Shown here: one piece after another, positions 9,901-17,921 of the stretch
Position numbering within the stretch: position 1 is the first letter of the stretch
Layout of the letters: the number at the start of each line of letters is the position of its first letter
Source of the DNA: a virus
Lineage: Duplodnaviria; Caudoviricetes
Virus record (IMG/VR): IMGVR_UViG_3300029775_000397
Location: 1 to 26,594 of that record
Length of the DNA: 26,594 nt
Reading direction: 5' to 3' (one strand)
Notes under the pieces: generated by a model
The model's input: the letters and a program-made list of their open reading frames with translations, nothing else
What the model was told of the DNA's origin: nothing
Databases searched by the model: none
Program-made: the position numbers and the translations under genes

Positions 9901-10440
9901 TATACTGATTTTTCCAATGTTCTTTAAACCTGTAGCAAAACCAGACAAGCCGCTTTTACCTTCGGTTACTGTATTTTTAAATTCCCTAAAACTATTAACG
10001 GTACTACTTATTTTAGTTTTCGCCAAGGTCTTAACGCCGCCTACCAATAGACTAGCCTGTAGCCGGGTACTGATTAGCGAATGTTCTAATCCGTCTAATT
10101 TAGACCGTGCTATCTGTTTTAGCGTATACGGTAGGCTCTTTAAGGTTTCCGTACCCCGGTTAAACTGTTGCATTGACGACTTCCAGCGATTAAAGTTTCC
10201 TGTAGCTTCTCTTGTCGCTGTACTCGTATCCTGTGTAGCTTCCGCCACATCTTCTAAAGTGTCCCTAAATTGCTGGGTCGCCTGGGTGGAAGCGGTCGTA
10301 GTATTAACGAATTTACCTACAGCGTTATTAGCGGTTTCCGTGGTCTGTTTAAAGTTTTCTGTCGCTTTGGCCGCTTCGCTCATAGGACTTTTAAAGGCGT
10401 CTGTCATTTCAAGCCTAGCACCCATTACAAATTCCGACAC
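6964..10440 (-). CDS. Tail tape measure protein (TP901-family core)
   Basis: 1158 aa; YESAFAGVKKT, ELGNNFATTESEI, EAAAGGTAISK, amphipathic ANLP repeats and ALDIHSPSRV. Confidence 0.96.
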   Translation of the reverse strand: MSEFVMGARLEMTDAFKSPMSEAAKATENFKQTTETANNAVGKFVNTTTASTQATQQFRDTLEDVAEATQDTSTATREATGNFNRWKSSMQQFNRGTETLKSLPYTLKQIARSKLDGLEHSLISTRLQASLLVGGVKTLAKTKISSTVNSFREFKNTVTEGKSGLSGFATGLKNIGKISIANTYNTMKNLTSKVKEFANTKITNVVNKLKEFKTNASSGEGGVKKLWNALKNAAGVGFSSVHTGISKIGSLAASAGSKVAHGLGSAVKGVTIGLGAAAAAIGGLGIAGIKAGIDYESAFAGVKKTIDATPEQLEVLNNGIRDMAKVMPTTAVEIAGVAEAAGQLGIQTDNVLGFTKTMTMLGDATNMTADDAATTLARFANVTGMSQDNFDRLGSTIVELGNNFATTESEIADMAQNIASAGSQVGMSEAEIMGFSAALSSVGMEAAAGGTAISKLMIDMQLATETGGEGLKDFAKVAGVSTSEFKKAFKEDAAGALSSFLTGLSDTERLGSSAIAVLDDMGITETRLRDTILRAANSGDLFTNALAMGTEAWGENTALAKEAEQRYATMESQIGMLKNSVTDLGIEFYQSVNNPMVDIISTAKDMVGDLSTAFKEGGIAGFVNEVGTVFAKVVTNIADAAPKVVDMAVSLVDSFLVGIEQNAPQIASGAAKAVSAFISGLMELVPRVILVGADLILEFTQGIINQLPQLITTGMTALSTLVNGFISRLPLVVSMTLQLVQTLVNGLIANLPMIIQSGITLIVSLIQSIVGMLPSLIQMALQLIMAIAQGLIANLPLILNAAVQVVVSLVQGIVAMLPLIIQSAIQLIITLFQGIIANLPTIIQAAVQIVVALAVGLIQAIPQLVAAIPQLVMAIIDTIMSTNWLEVGWDIVKGVGKGLLDGIKGFFGGGEKGGKEVADGAAAGIQNNMGTVSAASLATADTITTGLQPDYSVIEGYGTTATTTLADGFMESSPIAVDAATSITTDMTDTFGEMDLFPTGKNAMEGLNDGLLSMKPTVMSTARSMANSIRNEINSALDIHSPSRVTEESGEYTGEGLIVGINKMINRVRDAARGLGDSVVEPFATQSTSQGSINPSGMVSTPTARTEGLRIMIENIILSDVGDRDPKELVAEILKLLYEALSGADEVLSAGEMGALLT
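7825..7864. repeat. Tandem repeat with 21-bp period inside the TMP gene (AIPQLVA AIPQLV)
   Basis: TACAAGCTGTGGTATTGCC at 7825..7843 and 7846..7864. Confidence 0.9.
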
Positions 10441-10443
10441 GCT

Positions 10444-10632
10444 TTACACCCCCTTACCAGCTTTTCGATTTGCTTCACGTGCGGCGCGTTGTTCGTCTTT
10501 AATCTTTAATAGCGTCGCTTGATATACGAATTCCTTTTCCAACGGTGGGAGGTTATATACTTCGCCCGGAAATACACCTTGCGTATTCCAAATATAGGCT
10601 AGTAGTTTAGCTTCCTTGTTGGACTTTAGGAG
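10444..10632 (-). CDS. Frameshift (-1) extension of the tail assembly chaperone (gpGT/XkzB-like)
   Basis: The -1 frame after A AAA AAC is open for 62 codons (LLKSNKEAKLLAYIWNTQGVFPGEVYNLPPLEKEFVYQATLLKIKDEQRAAREANRKAGKGV*) and ends 3 nt before the TMP start. Confidence 0.85.
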   Translation of the reverse strand, partial: LLKSNKEAKLLAYIWNTQGVFPGEVYNLPPLEKEFVYQATLLKIKDEQRAAREANRKAGKGV

Positions 10633-11126
10633 TTTTTTATTTCTTCACTATCCTTCTTTTGTTTCTTCTTACCGAAACCACTAGCATTTTGAATTGCTAC
10701 GGCGAAGTTTACAATCTCACCGGGGGATAGAAGGACCCCCATAGCACCTTCGGCCGTAACTACGCCTAGTTTCTCTAGCAAGGCCTTATTAGCGAATGTA
10801 AAGTTACTTCTTTGGTCTTTATCAACGCCAGTAAGTACGACCTTAACCATAAGTCTATCGTCGTCTATATCTGTCTTAATTCCGCCGCTGCCGTCAGCCG
10901 TGTAACTGATACAATCTTTTTTGGCTTGTTTATATTCTGCATAAGTAAGCGCCGTAAACGGTACTGTACCTAATTTTTCTGTTTCAAATTCGCCCTGTGC
11001 TACGGCTCTTAATTCTTCGGCGTCCTTTCCTAAAATGTCTTCTAGGGTAAGGAACGACTTAGCGTTTTCTGATACCTCTACAGGCTCCATAATTTCGTCT
11101 GTAACGTCTTTTTTATTTGTTGCCAT
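10626..11126 (-). CDS. Tail assembly chaperone (XkdN-like)
   Basis: FANKALLEKLGVVTAE...LLSPGEI...SGF...EEIKN motif; between tube and TMP genes. Confidence 0.88.
   Translation of the reverse strand: MATNKKDVTDEIMEPVEVSENAKSFLTLEDILGKDAEELRAVAQGEFETEKLGTVPFTALTYAEYKQAKKDCISYTADGSGGIKTDIDDDRLMVKVVLTGVDKDQRSNFTFANKALLEKLGVVTAEGAMGVLLSPGEIVNFAVAIQNASGFGKKKQKKDSEEIKNS
10632..10638 (-). promoter_or_regulatory. Programmed -1 ribosomal frameshift slippery site A AAA AAC
   Basis: ATA AAA AAC TCC TAA at the end of the chaperone gene; X XXY YYZ pattern at the canonical position. Confidence 0.85.
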
Positions 11127-11158
11127 AGTTTTATACCTACCTTTCGTTTAAATGAAAT

Positions 11159-11179
11159 TAGGGCGTACTGGACGCCCTA
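11159..11179 (-). terminator. Hairpin after tail tube gene (weak terminator or mRNA stabiliser)
   Basis: TAGGGCGT-CCAGT-ACGCCCTA followed by ATTTCATTT. Confidence 0.55.
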
Positions 11180-11184
11180 CAATC

Positions 11185-11604
11185 TTAATCTATTGATTTA
11201 ATATAAGAGAAGTCGTCAAAGGTGAAAGGGAATTCTTCTTCGACTAACGCCCCTAATTCGTACTGTGTAAGTTGGGTACTATCAAAAGACAGACCCTTAT
11301 ACATAATAGCTTCTTCGCCTTTTGCTGTAGGGTCTGCCAATTTACCGATATAGTTGTACTTCGCTGTAGGGTTTTCCGCTACTTTTCTTTGAAGCCTACT
11401 ATCTAGTTTCAAGATAGTAAGCGTACCACTACCAGCACCGCCCATAACTTTATGGCTATCAAGGAATTTCCCAGCTTGCTTAATTGCTTCTTTTTCGTAC
11501 TCTAGTACGGATTCGAAAGACTGGGTACTTTGAAGTTCCGTACCGTTTTCGTCATAAACAAAACCGTATAAGCCATTAATGGCCTGATTAGCTTCATAAC
11601 TCAT
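11185..11604 (-). CDS. Tail tube protein (XkdM-like)
   Basis: INGLYG, GSGTLT, GKLADPTAKGEE and EEEFPFTFDDF motifs. Confidence 0.92.
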   Translation of the reverse strand: MSYEANQAINGLYGFVYDENGTELQSTQSFESVLEYEKEAIKQAGKFLDSHKVMGGAGSGTLTILKLDSRLQRKVAENPTAKYNYIGKLADPTAKGEEAIMYKGLSFDSTQLTQYELGALVEEEFPFTFDDFSYIKSID

Positions 11605-11630
11605 AGTCTAATACCTTCCTTTCTCTCAAA

Positions 11631-13019
11631 TTAAAAGTTCACGCCGATTTTTTGGTAGATACGTTCCATACTATCCACAGGCGTAATATCGCTATCGAAG
11701 AAGGCTTCGTCAATCGCTGGGATATAGACAGCGTCGTCACCGTGATACTCTGGGTCTGGTCTATAGAAATAACCAGCCTTGATTATCTCGTCGTTAACCA
11801 ACGGTCTTAAGTAGCTTTCTTCCACCATAGCAGCGTAACACTGTCTAGCTTCGTCGGTGTTAGACTTAGTCTTCTTGTACTCATTTCCGAAGGCTTCCAG
11901 GTCTTTAGTAACGTAATCCAGCGTGTTAGATACTCTAATCTTACCGAATTCTTTACTTTCGTCATTGGAAGGGTTAGTAAGCGTATTAACGCCTTCGTCA
12001 ATTTCCACAAAGTCACCGTTCATAACAAAGATTAAGGTACCTTTCTGTTTTGCGGTTTCCCTTGGGGTAATCTTAATCTTTTTATTAACCTTCGTATACG
12101 GTACGGTTTCATCTGTTACGGTCCTGTTAAGGGCTACGGAAGCAACACGCGCCGCGATAAAGATAGCCATTTCCGCCGGGGTATAGCCGTCGCAGCCATT
12201 ACCAACGTTCACGATACCCCTGTAGTTATGTGCTACAGAAGCGGCGTTCGCTAGGCTAATATCGTCGTCCCATGTAGCAGGACCCCCAGAAGCGAAAGTA
12301 ACGTAAAAACCTTCGTTTCTTACACGTCTTAACCAAGTGGTAACAGTGGTTATAATAGCTTCGTCGCTTACGCCATCTAGGGAAAAACTGTTAGCTGTTC
12401 CGTCGGCTTCGATTTCGTCTAAGAAGTCGCTATAATTTGTAACCGTAACTACGCTACCATTGTCGCCACCTGTAAAAGCTATGTTAGCGGCGTTCTCTGG
12501 AAGTACAGTACCTACGGTCTTAACCCTTACGTAATCAGACTTGTTTAGTTCTGTAGCCAGTTCTTCGTTAGTTGAACCTACAGCACTAACAAGCTTTACG
12601 CCGTTTTCTACGATTTCAACTACTTTAGTCCCGTCTAGTACGCCGTCTTTAACCACGGCTACAAATTGCCTAGCGGAAGGGTAGAGGGTTTCCAGCTGTA
12701 AACTATCAGTCCCTAAAGTACAAGTACCTACTTTCGCTGTATCGGTAGCCATACGGTAAGCTAGTATTTTGCTAGGCGCCCCCTTGTTAGCGTGTACGAA
12801 TATCTTACTAGCTGTAAGGGTCGTCTTATCGGCGTTGTAGGTTTCTTCGAATTCCCCTAAAGACTGTAATACAAGTTCGTTTACAGGTCCCCAGTCGGAA
12901 GTAAAAGGATACGCTACAATACCACGGGTTCCCATTACAATACGTCTAACGGTAGCCACAATACGGGAATAGACACCGCTTAGAATTTTACTAATTCCTT
13001 TTGTAAATGTTCCAGCCAT
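11631..13019 (-). CDS. Contractile tail sheath protein (XkdK-like)
   Basis: MAGTF...GVY, RGIVAYPFTSDWGP, FTGGDNG, IDEGVNTLT, FGKIRVSNTLD and PVDSMERIY motifs. Confidence 0.95.
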   Translation of the reverse strand: MAGTFTKGISKILSGVYSRIVATVRRIVMGTRGIVAYPFTSDWGPVNELVLQSLGEFEETYNADKTTLTASKIFVHANKGAPSKILAYRMATDTAKVGTCTLGTDSLQLETLYPSARQFVAVVKDGVLDGTKVVEIVENGVKLVSAVGSTNEELATELNKSDYVRVKTVGTVLPENAANIAFTGGDNGSVVTVTNYSDFLDEIEADGTANSFSLDGVSDEAIITTVTTWLRRVRNEGFYVTFASGGPATWDDDISLANAASVAHNYRGIVNVGNGCDGYTPAEMAIFIAARVASVALNRTVTDETVPYTKVNKKIKITPRETAKQKGTLIFVMNGDFVEIDEGVNTLTNPSNDESKEFGKIRVSNTLDYVTKDLEAFGNEYKKTKSNTDEARQCYAAMVEESYLRPLVNDEIIKAGYFYRPDPEYHGDDAVYIPAIDEAFFDSDITPVDSMERIYQKIGVNF

Positions 13020-13026
13020 AATATTT

Positions 13027-13233
13027 TTACTCCTTTCCTACAGGTTTTTTAAGAAACGTCTTTAAGGCGTTTTCCGCTTCCTGTTTTGTGATTTTTTCTT
13101 TCTTGATAACAAATAAAGCGCCCGCCATAATTTCGGGTGAAGTTCCGAATAGGCTAGCGCTTTCTATAATCTCTGATTTTTCAAATATTGGTACACTAGG
13201 TTTCTTTTCAGTCTTTGGCTCGTTAGCTGCCAT
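13027..13233 (-). CDS. Small tail-associated protein (YkzM/YqzN-like)
   Basis: LFGTSPEIMAGALF...ITKQEAENALKTFLKKPV resembles the small gene preceding xkdK in PBSX. Confidence 0.7.
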   Translation of the reverse strand: MAANEPKTEKKPSVPIFEKSEIIESASLFGTSPEIMAGALFVIKKEKITKQEAENALKTFLKKPVGKE

Positions 13234-13260
13234 AATCTAAACCCCCTTAAAGTTTAATTT

Positions 13261-13716
13261 TTATTGCCTACTTGTAACTTTGGTATATACGTGTATTGGC
13301 GCTGGTGGGTCTGCTGGTTTAGTTCTAGTGTAGGCTACTTCGTAACTTAACCTAAAAGGAACGTCCAGCCCTTCGGTTTCGTTAAATTCAACTTCGACCG
13401 ATTTTAACAGACCAACCTTAACGCCGTTATCGTCTAGTACGTCCAGTAGGCCACAACGGTTTTCTATATCTTCACTAAGTCGTTGCTGTAGTACTAGGAC
13501 TTCGTCCACGCTATTTACAAATAATTTACCGTAATACCTAACGCGCTGTACATATGCGTATCGGTGTAGGTGCCTAGCTCTACCACGGAATGGACTTTCC
13601 CATAAGATAACAGGGCGGGGTAGGGTAGGCGGTGCATTAGTACGACGCCACGAATTAAGACCCGACGCCGATTTAAGCCACGTCTGTACAGCTTTTAACT
13701 CTAATACATAATCCAT
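13261..13716 (-). CDS. Putative tail terminator/completion protein (XkdJ position)
   Basis: Start moved to the ATG at 13716 (MDYVLELK; SD GAAGGTAGGG) to avoid a 41-nt overlap; synteny. Confidence 0.65.
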   Translation of the reverse strand: MDYVLELKAVQTWLKSASGLNSWRRTNAPPTLPRPVILWESPFRGRARHLHRYAYVQRVRYYGKLFVNSVDEVLVLQQRLSEDIENRCGLLDVLDDNGVKVGLLKSVEVEFNETEGLDVPFRLSYEVAYTRTKPADPPAPIHVYTKVTSRQ

Positions 13717-13723
13717 AATATCC

Positions 13724-14221
13724 CTACCTTCTGAAAAGTTCTGCGTAAAGTCTTCTAAACTCAAAGAGGACTATATCTTCCATGTCTTCCTTAAGATAAT
13801 CTAAAGACTTTTCTAACATATGGGCGCCCTCAATAACCTTACCAGTAAGCACCATACCCGTTTTATGTCCTGGTATATAGTGGAATGTACCGCTACGCCA
13901 TTCGCCAGGAACGAAACGCCCCTTTTTCTGCGTAAAACCTTCTTCTACGGCGGCCGCATATTCGACGGTAGTGCCATAGACTACAAAGGTTGTTTTTCCG
14001 ACTTCCAGCTTAAAGTAGTTTTCTGGTGTGCCAAATTGTAAACTATTTTCTAACCGTCCTGTACGGCGTGGCGTAAGGTCTTTAGCGTATTCCAATCCAC
14101 GTAGACCCGCGGTTCTTACGATACGACTTTCCATTTCCTGTACTTTAGTTTTTTCACATTCCTTTAACCACTCTAGCCACCTATCGAATTTCTTATCTAA
14201 TTTAAAATAGTCTTTACTCAT
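13724..14221 (-). CDS. HK97 gp10-family neck/tail-completion protein (XkdI-like)
   Basis: TPRRTGRLENS, GTTVEYAAAVEEG, GRFVPGEW and IEGAHMLEKS motifs. Confidence 0.88.
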   Translation of the reverse strand: MSKDYFKLDKKFDRWLEWLKECEKTKVQEMESRIVRTAGLRGLEYAKDLTPRRTGRLENSLQFGTPENYFKLEVGKTTFVVYGTTVEYAAAVEEGFTQKKGRFVPGEWRSGTFHYIPGHKTGMVLTGKVIEGAHMLEKSLDYLKEDMEDIVLFEFRRLYAELFRR

Positions 14222-14598
14222 AGGAATTTAACACCCCTGTCGCTTACGTTCGTTGAGTTCTCAAACGCTAGCTTGTAGGGGCGTAACATTTCCTTTACTG
14301 TTTTAGATTGGTCTGCGGTCATGTACCTGTTACTGTGCATAGTAGCGGCCGTCGGTGGCGCGACGTCGGTTATATTTCCTGTAGCTTCGTCAATCTGTGA
14401 AGTTTCACCACGGGCGAAGACCTCAAAACATAAGGCTACAGCTATTTTTAAGCCGTCGTCTATTGTAGGTGGGTCGCCACCTATGAAACCACGACAAAAA
14501 GCATTAGCACGAAGTAAGTACAAGTTTTTGTCTGGGTCGGTAAGTGGTTCAGATGGCGTATAATACTTCTCTGTTAGTTCTGCTACAGATAAAAACAC
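14218..14598 (-). CDS. Putative head-tail adaptor (SPP1 gp15/YqbG-like)
   Basis: GTG start; FLSVAEL...LLRANAF...LKIAVAL...VKEMLRPYK pattern; position after capsid. Confidence 0.7.
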   Translation of the reverse strand: MFLSVAELTEKYYTPSEPLTDPDKNLYLLRANAFCRGFIGGDPPTIDDGLKIAVALCFEVFARGETSQIDEATGNITDVAPPTAATMHSNRYMTADQSKTVKEMLRPYKLAFENSTNVSDRGVKFL

Positions 14599-14610
14599 AG
14601 TATCACCACC

Positions 14611-14928
14611 TTATACAAGGTCGTCGTATTTACCAGCTTCGATTACGCTAGCTATAACGTCGCCCTTTGTAGCCTTAGCGTCAAATTCTACGCCTAGTTC
14701 CTTAGCTTTCGCCTTTAGGTCGTCGGCTTTATATAGGTCGTCTAACGCCTTTACCATTTCATCATAAGACGGTATATCGTCGTCTGGTGGCTCTACGGTT
14801 TCTACCAGTTCAGCCCAACCGTCTTTAATTAAACGTAAACCGCTAACTTCGTCTATCTCGGTTTCCATATCTACGTCTAGTACGGAAGGTCCAAAAGTTA
14901 CGCCATCTTTTAGTATCTTAATCCTCAT
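14611..14928 (-). CDS. Small head-associated protein with HeH/Rho-N-like C-terminal motif
   Basis: YKADDLKAKAKELGVEFDAKATKGDVIASV; typical position right after the major capsid gene. Confidence 0.6.
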   Translation of the reverse strand: MRIKILKDGVTFGPSVLDVDMETEIDEVSGLRLIKDGWAELVETVEPPDDDIPSYDEMVKALDDLYKADDLKAKAKELGVEFDAKATKGDVIASVIEAGKYDDLV

Positions 14929-14945
14929 ATCTACACTTCCTTTCT

Positions 14946-14980
14946 AAAAAGTATAGCGACTACTAAAGAATAGTCGCTAT
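14946..14980 (-). terminator. Terminator-like hairpin spanning the capsid stop codon
   Basis: ATAGCGACTA-TTCTTTAG-TAGTCGCTAT then AC TTTTT. Confidence 0.6.
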
Positions 14981-15970
14981 CTTAATAAGTTCTGGGTCTG
15001 TAATCTTAGGGAAAGAAGCCCCCACAACTTCGATTACTTCCCTTATCGGTCTTTCCATAGTGAAGGTTCTAGCGTAGATACCAGGGTTCATATTGTTTTC
15101 GTACGTAGGCCCTAAAAGCTGTTTACCAATTACTCCGCCTTCTTTAAGGAATACACCTTTAGAAGCGTCTAGTAATCTAGCTGTAGTTCTAGCCCCAGCG
15201 TTAGAAGGGTCCCTATAAGTTACTTTAGCGTCGAAGGCCTCCATAGGTGGAAGTTCTCTACCACGAAGGAATGTATTAAGTTCGTCAAGGGTAAGTAGTT
15301 TATCAGAAAAACCACTAATAGCCTTTCTCACGTTAGCGTCATTAAGTACGGTTCTAATTGCTCCGATACTTGTAACGAATACGTCTGGGGTATAGCCATT
15401 TACGTTATTATCTACGTAATTCTGTACCCATGTTTCGTAGTTAGCCAGAATAGTAGCACCGTCTACGTTCCACTTAGTACCAGCCGTTACGTGTCCTGTT
15501 ACTCCGAAGTCTACGCCTAGCTTAATACCTGCTTTATCGTAGGTCATAGCCCCTACGCCTAACGCTTGCCATCTTAACCATTCAATCCTAGCGTCAATAT
15601 TTTTCTTAAGCTGTGCGGTCTTGTTAAGAAGTTGCTTCACCATCATAGTTTGTTTACCAGCGTTACCTTTATCCATCATAGCAGCAAGTTCCTTTTTAGT
15701 TACGATATAGGACTGTCCCATATCTGTAATTTCGCCACTAATACGTCTAACAGGGTCCCTATCAGTCAATGGAATTTCAGCCCCACTGTCGATAATGTCG
15801 GCCATGTCTGCCTGTCTTTCAATTACTGTTTCGTTAAAATCAATGTCGTAAGTTTCTTCGATTGGAAGAAACCTTTGTCCGATATACCCGGTTTCTACAG
15901 GTACTTCGCTTATGGTTTCTGTGAATAGTGGATTTTCAAAAAATTCACTAAGATTAGCTAATCCCGCCAT
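14963..15970 (-). CDS. Major capsid protein (lambda gpE-like family)
   Basis: 335 aa; RFLP, IDARIEWLRWQALGVG, VDFGV, GKQLLGPT and ASFPKI motifs; follows scaffold and decoration genes. Confidence 0.92.
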   Translation of the reverse strand: MAGLANLSEFFENPLFTETISEVPVETGYIGQRFLPIEETYDIDFNETVIERQADMADIIDSGAEIPLTDRDPVRRISGEITDMGQSYIVTKKELAAMMDKGNAGKQTMMVKQLLNKTAQLKKNIDARIEWLRWQALGVGAMTYDKAGIKLGVDFGVTGHVTAGTKWNVDGATILANYETWVQNYVDNNVNGYTPDVFVTSIGAIRTVLNDANVRKAISGFSDKLLTLDELNTFLRGRELPPMEAFDAKVTYRDPSNAGARTTARLLDASKGVFLKEGGVIGKQLLGPTYENNMNPGIYARTFTMERPIREVIEVVGASFPKITDPELIKIATIL

Positions 15971-16000
15971 ATTTATAACCTACCTTTCGTTATTTTGTAA

Positions 16001-16774
16001 TTAGTCTACGAAGCGCATAGCGCCGCCCATAGCCTTTTTAAACTCTGTAGTTACACCAACTAGCATAGAAGTATAAACCGCTCCATGTACTAGTACTTGC
16101 CCAGCTGTAAGGTCTGGATTAGTTCCGTCGTCCTTAGCCTTAAACTGGATACTTTCGTCTAAAATTACAGGGTTAGACTTGCCAACAGGAAACGTACCAG
16201 CCTCATAAGCCAGACTACCATCTGAAATACCTAAAACGCCCTCTATAGTAGCTTCGTCACCAGCTGCGCCCCATGTTCCTTTAATGTACAAGGAAGCCGA
16301 CGCGTCGGCTAACTTAGTAGCTACAGTAAGTATTTCGTCCTCGTCTAAAACTAAATCAGCAACCGTAGACAGTTTTATACCGTCCGGGTTTACTGCGTTA
16401 CCCAGCATGGCTACAACCTGGGCTTCGGTGGTTTCTGCCGTAATGGTCTTTAATACAGCATTAGTAACAGTGTATACGCTTCCGTTTACCGTTATTTCTA
16501 ACTTTGTATCCTTGTTAATAGCGCTACAATCCGCTGGCGTTACAGCTGCCGTTCCTGTGATAGAAGCCTTTGCGGGGTCGGTGTCCGCATACTTTTCGTA
16601 TTTTCCTGTAGTGTTGTCTTTAACTAAACACTGTCCTTCTGGTACATACTCATTTACGTTAAATTTACTACCATCTAGGGTAATACCATTAACGATATAA
16701 GCGTAGTGGGCGCTGGCCTTAATTTCTTTAGCCGCTGCATAATTTTTCTTTCTGATTGTTAAATCGTTATTCAT
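16001..16774 (-). CDS. Head decoration/cement protein with an inserted domain
   Basis: GITLDGSKF...VPEGQCLVKD...GKYEKY and VILDE...GQVLVHGAVY...RFV halves separated by about 127 aa; between scaffold and capsid genes. Confidence 0.7.
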   Translation of the reverse strand: MNNDLTIRKKNYAAAKEIKASAHYAYIVNGITLDGSKFNVNEYVPEGQCLVKDNTTGKYEKYADTDPAKASITGTAAVTPADCSAINKDTKLEITVNGSVYTVTNAVLKTITAETTEAQVVAMLGNAVNPDGIKLSTVADLVLDEDEILTVATKLADASASLYIKGTWGAAGDEATIEGVLGISDGSLAYEAGTFPVGKSNPVILDESIQFKAKDDGTNPDLTAGQVLVHGAVYTSMLVGVTTEFKKAMGGAMRFVD

Positions 16775-16793
16775 GCTAATTACCTACCTTTCA

Positions 16794-17543
16794 TTATTTT
16801 GTATCTTTCTTGATACCTAACATCTCTAACGCCTGGGCCTTTTTAGCGTCGTGGTCTTTGTTTCCACCACCAGCGCCACCACCAGGACCCTTTCCCTTGA
16901 AGCCGTCGTTTTTATTGTCGTCTGGGTCTACGTCTTTGAATAAGTTAGGTTCGGTTTCGTGTACCTTCTTTAGGGTACGTGATACGCTCTTTGTGTCAAC
17001 TTCGCCCGTTTCTTCGTCGTAGTCTATATCGTCCATATAATCTAAACGAAGGGCGCGGACTACTTGTACTGGGTTTACAGGATTGTACTTTCCAGCTTCT
17101 TTAAGGACTGCATTTTCGACTACAAGGTCTTTAATGCGTTCGCCTAAAGTCTTAGCACGGTCGGCCTGTTTCCTAAGTATAGCTAGTTCGTCGTCAGTAA
17201 CCTTACCTTCGCCGCCTGTATCGTCGCCGTCTTTTTTAGTAGACCCATTCTTTATAGTTTCCGCTACCTTCGAAAGTAGGGTCTTGTTATCGGCTTCAAT
17301 CTCTACGCCAGCGTCTTTAAGGGCTTTTCTAACCATACGAACGGCTTTAGTAGTAATCATAGCGTCTACGTCTGCCTGGCTGTACTGTGGCTTTTCGTGT
17401 TCCGGGTCATATTCTAGGGCTTCGTCTACTTGCTCCTGGTCTAATATCTCGTCGTCAAGAAGTTCCTTAACCTTTGCTTCATATTCAGCCTTAGTAATTT
17501 CACCTTTTAAGTATTGCTCCTGTAATTTTCTTAATTTTCCCAT
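16794..17543 (-). CDS. Capsid scaffolding protein
   Basis: Acidic coiled-coil; YSQADVDAMI and EPNLFK motifs, Gly-rich C-terminus; ATG at 17543 has SD GAAAGGAG. Confidence 0.85.
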   Translation of the reverse strand: MGKLRKLQEQYLKGEITKAEYEAKVKELLDDEILDQEQVDEALEYDPEHEKPQYSQADVDAMITTKAVRMVRKALKDAGVEIEADNKTLLSKVAETIKNGSTKKDGDDTGGEGKVTDDELAILRKQADRAKTLGERIKDLVVENAVLKEAGKYNPVNPVQVVRALRLDYMDDIDYDEETGEVDTKSVSRTLKKVHETEPNLFKDVDPDDNKNDGFKGKGPGGGAGGGNKDHDAKKAQALEMLGIKKDTK

Positions 17544-17647
17544 TGTCAAAACTCCTTTCCATTTTAAGCCCGTCGGCTATTCCAACTTTTCCGAAGTCGT
17601 CACGGTTTACCCTTGCCAGTACAACGCCCTGGGTAGGTTACGGCATT

Positions 17648-17674
17648 AAAAAAGACGCTACAAAAGTAACGTCT
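17648..17674 (-). terminator. Intrinsic terminator upstream of the scaffold gene
   Basis: AGACGTTAC-TTTT-GTAGCGTCT followed by TTTTT. Confidence 0.75.
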
Positions 17675-17724
17675 AGCCCTTCTAGGTATTAGCCCCTAGT
17701 AGGTTATGGCTTATTAAATTAACC

Positions 17725-17910
17725 CTATTTCTTAGGTGGAATAGGGGGTAGCGGCTCTGGTTCGACAAAACCGTCGGACGTTATAGACGCTTGATATTCC
17801 TTGAAGGCCGCTTTTATGTGCATAGGCGCCCCCGGAAGTAATTTGTAATCGCCCTTATCGTCCTGTGTTACGTATTTACTGTCTAGTACATCTGGTCGTT
17901 TTCCTATCAT
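17725..17910 (-). CDS. Small protein, candidate immunity protein for the MuF C-terminal domain
   Basis: 61 aa with SD AGGGGGTGA, 11 nt downstream of MuF; function inferred from position. Confidence 0.6.
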   Translation of the reverse strand: MIGKRPDVLDSKYVTQDDKGDYKLLPGAPMHIKAAFKEYQASITSDGFVEPEPLPPIPPKK

Positions 17911-17921
17911 AAAATCACCCC

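Noticed and set aside
11807-12016. 69-aa minus-strand ORF inside the sheath gene
   Set aside because: Out-of-frame nested ORF with no supporting motif or clear SD.
13717-13764. Upstream start for the tail terminator gene given in the ORF track
   Set aside because: It overlaps the preceding gene by 41 nt, and the ATG at 13716 has an SD.
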